64,000 bases of DNA from Botryllus schlosseri (taxonomy: Eukaryota), in contig CM119378.1 of NCBI GenBank assembly GCA_051294905.1, positions 24,924,001-24,988,000 of the forward strand. The letters are read 5' to 3'. The position numbers and the translations under genes are program-made. Below, in pieces: positions 62,417 through 64,000 of this stretch. The notes under the pieces are model-generated. The model was given only the letters and a program-made list of their open reading frames with translations, ran no database searches and was not told where the DNA came from. The first letter of the stretch is position 1, and each line of letters begins with the position of its first letter.

Positions 62417-63450
62417 CAGGGGTCACCAACCTTTTTGCAACCGAGAGCTACTTTTGCGTAATGATTGAAGCGGCGGGCTACTATTTACTCCCATCGTTTA
62501 CCCGTACCACACTGAATTTCCGCTTTGATATTCATAGCACTGGGCAGGACTGGACATCATGTTATCTGTTTCTATAGCAGTCAGTGGGAAGCCTGGCATT
62601 GTATGATATCAATTAGTGCGCTGTACCCTGGTATTTAACTTGACACTGCAATTCCTAGTGAGTGTTCCAGATGTGCATTAATTAGGCGTGTTTTGTGTTT
62701 GTTTTTGATGAAGTTCATGTCCGAAAAGGCTGATATACAACGATAAGTTGAACCATAGACGCTTGCAACCTCTATAGCTGCTGCGCATACACCACTGTAC
62801 TTTTCCGTATCAACAATGCACCAAACGTTTGCTGCAGACTGAGGTGGGGGTCATTTTGCTGTGTTACAATTTCAATCTTCAAGTGTTCAGCATCCAGAAA
62901 TGACAAGATTTCATTACACCGGACAGCAGCAACGATTACAGAAAGTTAGAAACATTGTAAATTAAACTGCGTTGAGTGTAACAGAAACAAGCTGTGCCAA
63001 AAGATGCAATACGTGTAATGGGTATACAGATATTGAAAATCTCCTAGTACTTCACGGCTATCTGACTCCGAATAGTAATATTGTTTACTACTTTGGCATT
63101 GTCCTGGTCGTCGAGCTATCGTAACGGAGCCCCCACCATTTCAAGAAGACCGTGGACGGCATTCCGTCATGTCGCTTGTATAGGCACTGCGCCGTATCTT
63201 GAATTTCTGGTGATTCTATCACATACATCTATATATTACTAATTGTAATTGAAGATATTTTCAAGTGTTTATATATGTAAGTTACATGTTAGTGTGTTTT
63301 AAACAAGAATAGCTGAATCAATCAATCTATGTATTCAAAAGCTCACTGGTAATAATCTGACGAATATTGGTAAATGATGCTATTCCACCTATTTTTAAAA
63401 TGGGTTCGCGGGCTACCTGGTGCCCGCGGGCACCGGGTTGGTGACCCCTG
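62417..63450 (-). mobile_element. Buster/Charlie-type hAT deletion derivative with transposase C-terminus at about 62585-62900
   Basis: TIR caggggtcaccaacc / ggttggtgacccctg. Minus-strand SVYGSTYRCISAFSDMNFIKNKHKTRLINAHLEHSLGIAVSS...CQASH* matches the GTF2IRD2-like/Buster C-terminal motif. TSD is unclear. Confidence 0.9.
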
Positions 63451-64000
63451 CGCTAGCACATCCAAATATATAATAGCCTACTGTTGGAAATAGCCCTGTT
63501 ACTAAATATTATGATTGTAGAGTACGAAAATGCTTACTCATATTTTCCGCGATTTGTTACCATGTGTTATATGCAAATACGTGTTAGGTCAATATGGCTG
63601 TATTCAGTTTTACTTGAATGCCAGTAAAAGCTAACGGACTATCTCAGCGCTTCGTAGGCTATCTATCTTCCACAATGGGACTAGTTCTTGGCGTAGGCCG
63701 CAAATGTCAACATTCTTACTGTGCAGTGTACATGTACAAGGTCCGGAATATGAGAATGAGCAATTGCGTGCATACACATGTAGATCTCATGCCAAAACAT
63801 CAGTCAATCTGTGCCAGAATTTGTAATTCTGGAAATTTGGAGAAGATATTTTTATTTTTCACAGACGACGATATCTAAGGATTTCGAAGCCAGTCGACAA
63901 AAGAGCATTCGTCAAGCTGAAGGTACAACCCGTTTTTTTTGTATGTTTCTATAGTATATCTGCATATGGATTTGACTTTCTTATTCGCAATCGGTCTGCA

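Overview
This is AT-rich eukaryotic DNA from an animal. Short GT-AG exons with CpG-rich codons sit in repeat-filled introns; a tunicate or other marine invertebrate source is an inference from sequence style only. Three spliced genes were assembled by hand, mostly missed by the ORF track. (1) The 3' half of a STAT5/6-like gene on + (8 exons, 1121-13096: end of DNA-binding domain, linker, SH2, phosphotyrosine tail). (2) A convergent minus-strand gene for a two-EF-hand protein ending in a CaaX box (CAIQ*), probably with N-terminal coiled-coil exons about 15 kb upstream (22683-45370). (3) A roughly 10-exon orphan gene on + (about 52477-61819) with no domain I recognise. The rest is mobile DNA: five Penelope-like fragments whose pseudo-LTRs carry minimal type I hammerhead ribozymes, many hAT MITEs and relics with exact 8-bp TSDs (often nested), a 3.3-kb long-inverted-repeat element, tRNA-derived SINEs and short-motif arrays. 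The most notable oddities are hammerheads inside STAT introns, a 28S rRNA fragment inside a hAT MITE, a decayed homeobox, and a compact virus-like ORF cluster in a STAT intron. No CRISPR array or intact tRNA/rRNA gene was seen. All family assignments come from recalled motifs; no database search was run.
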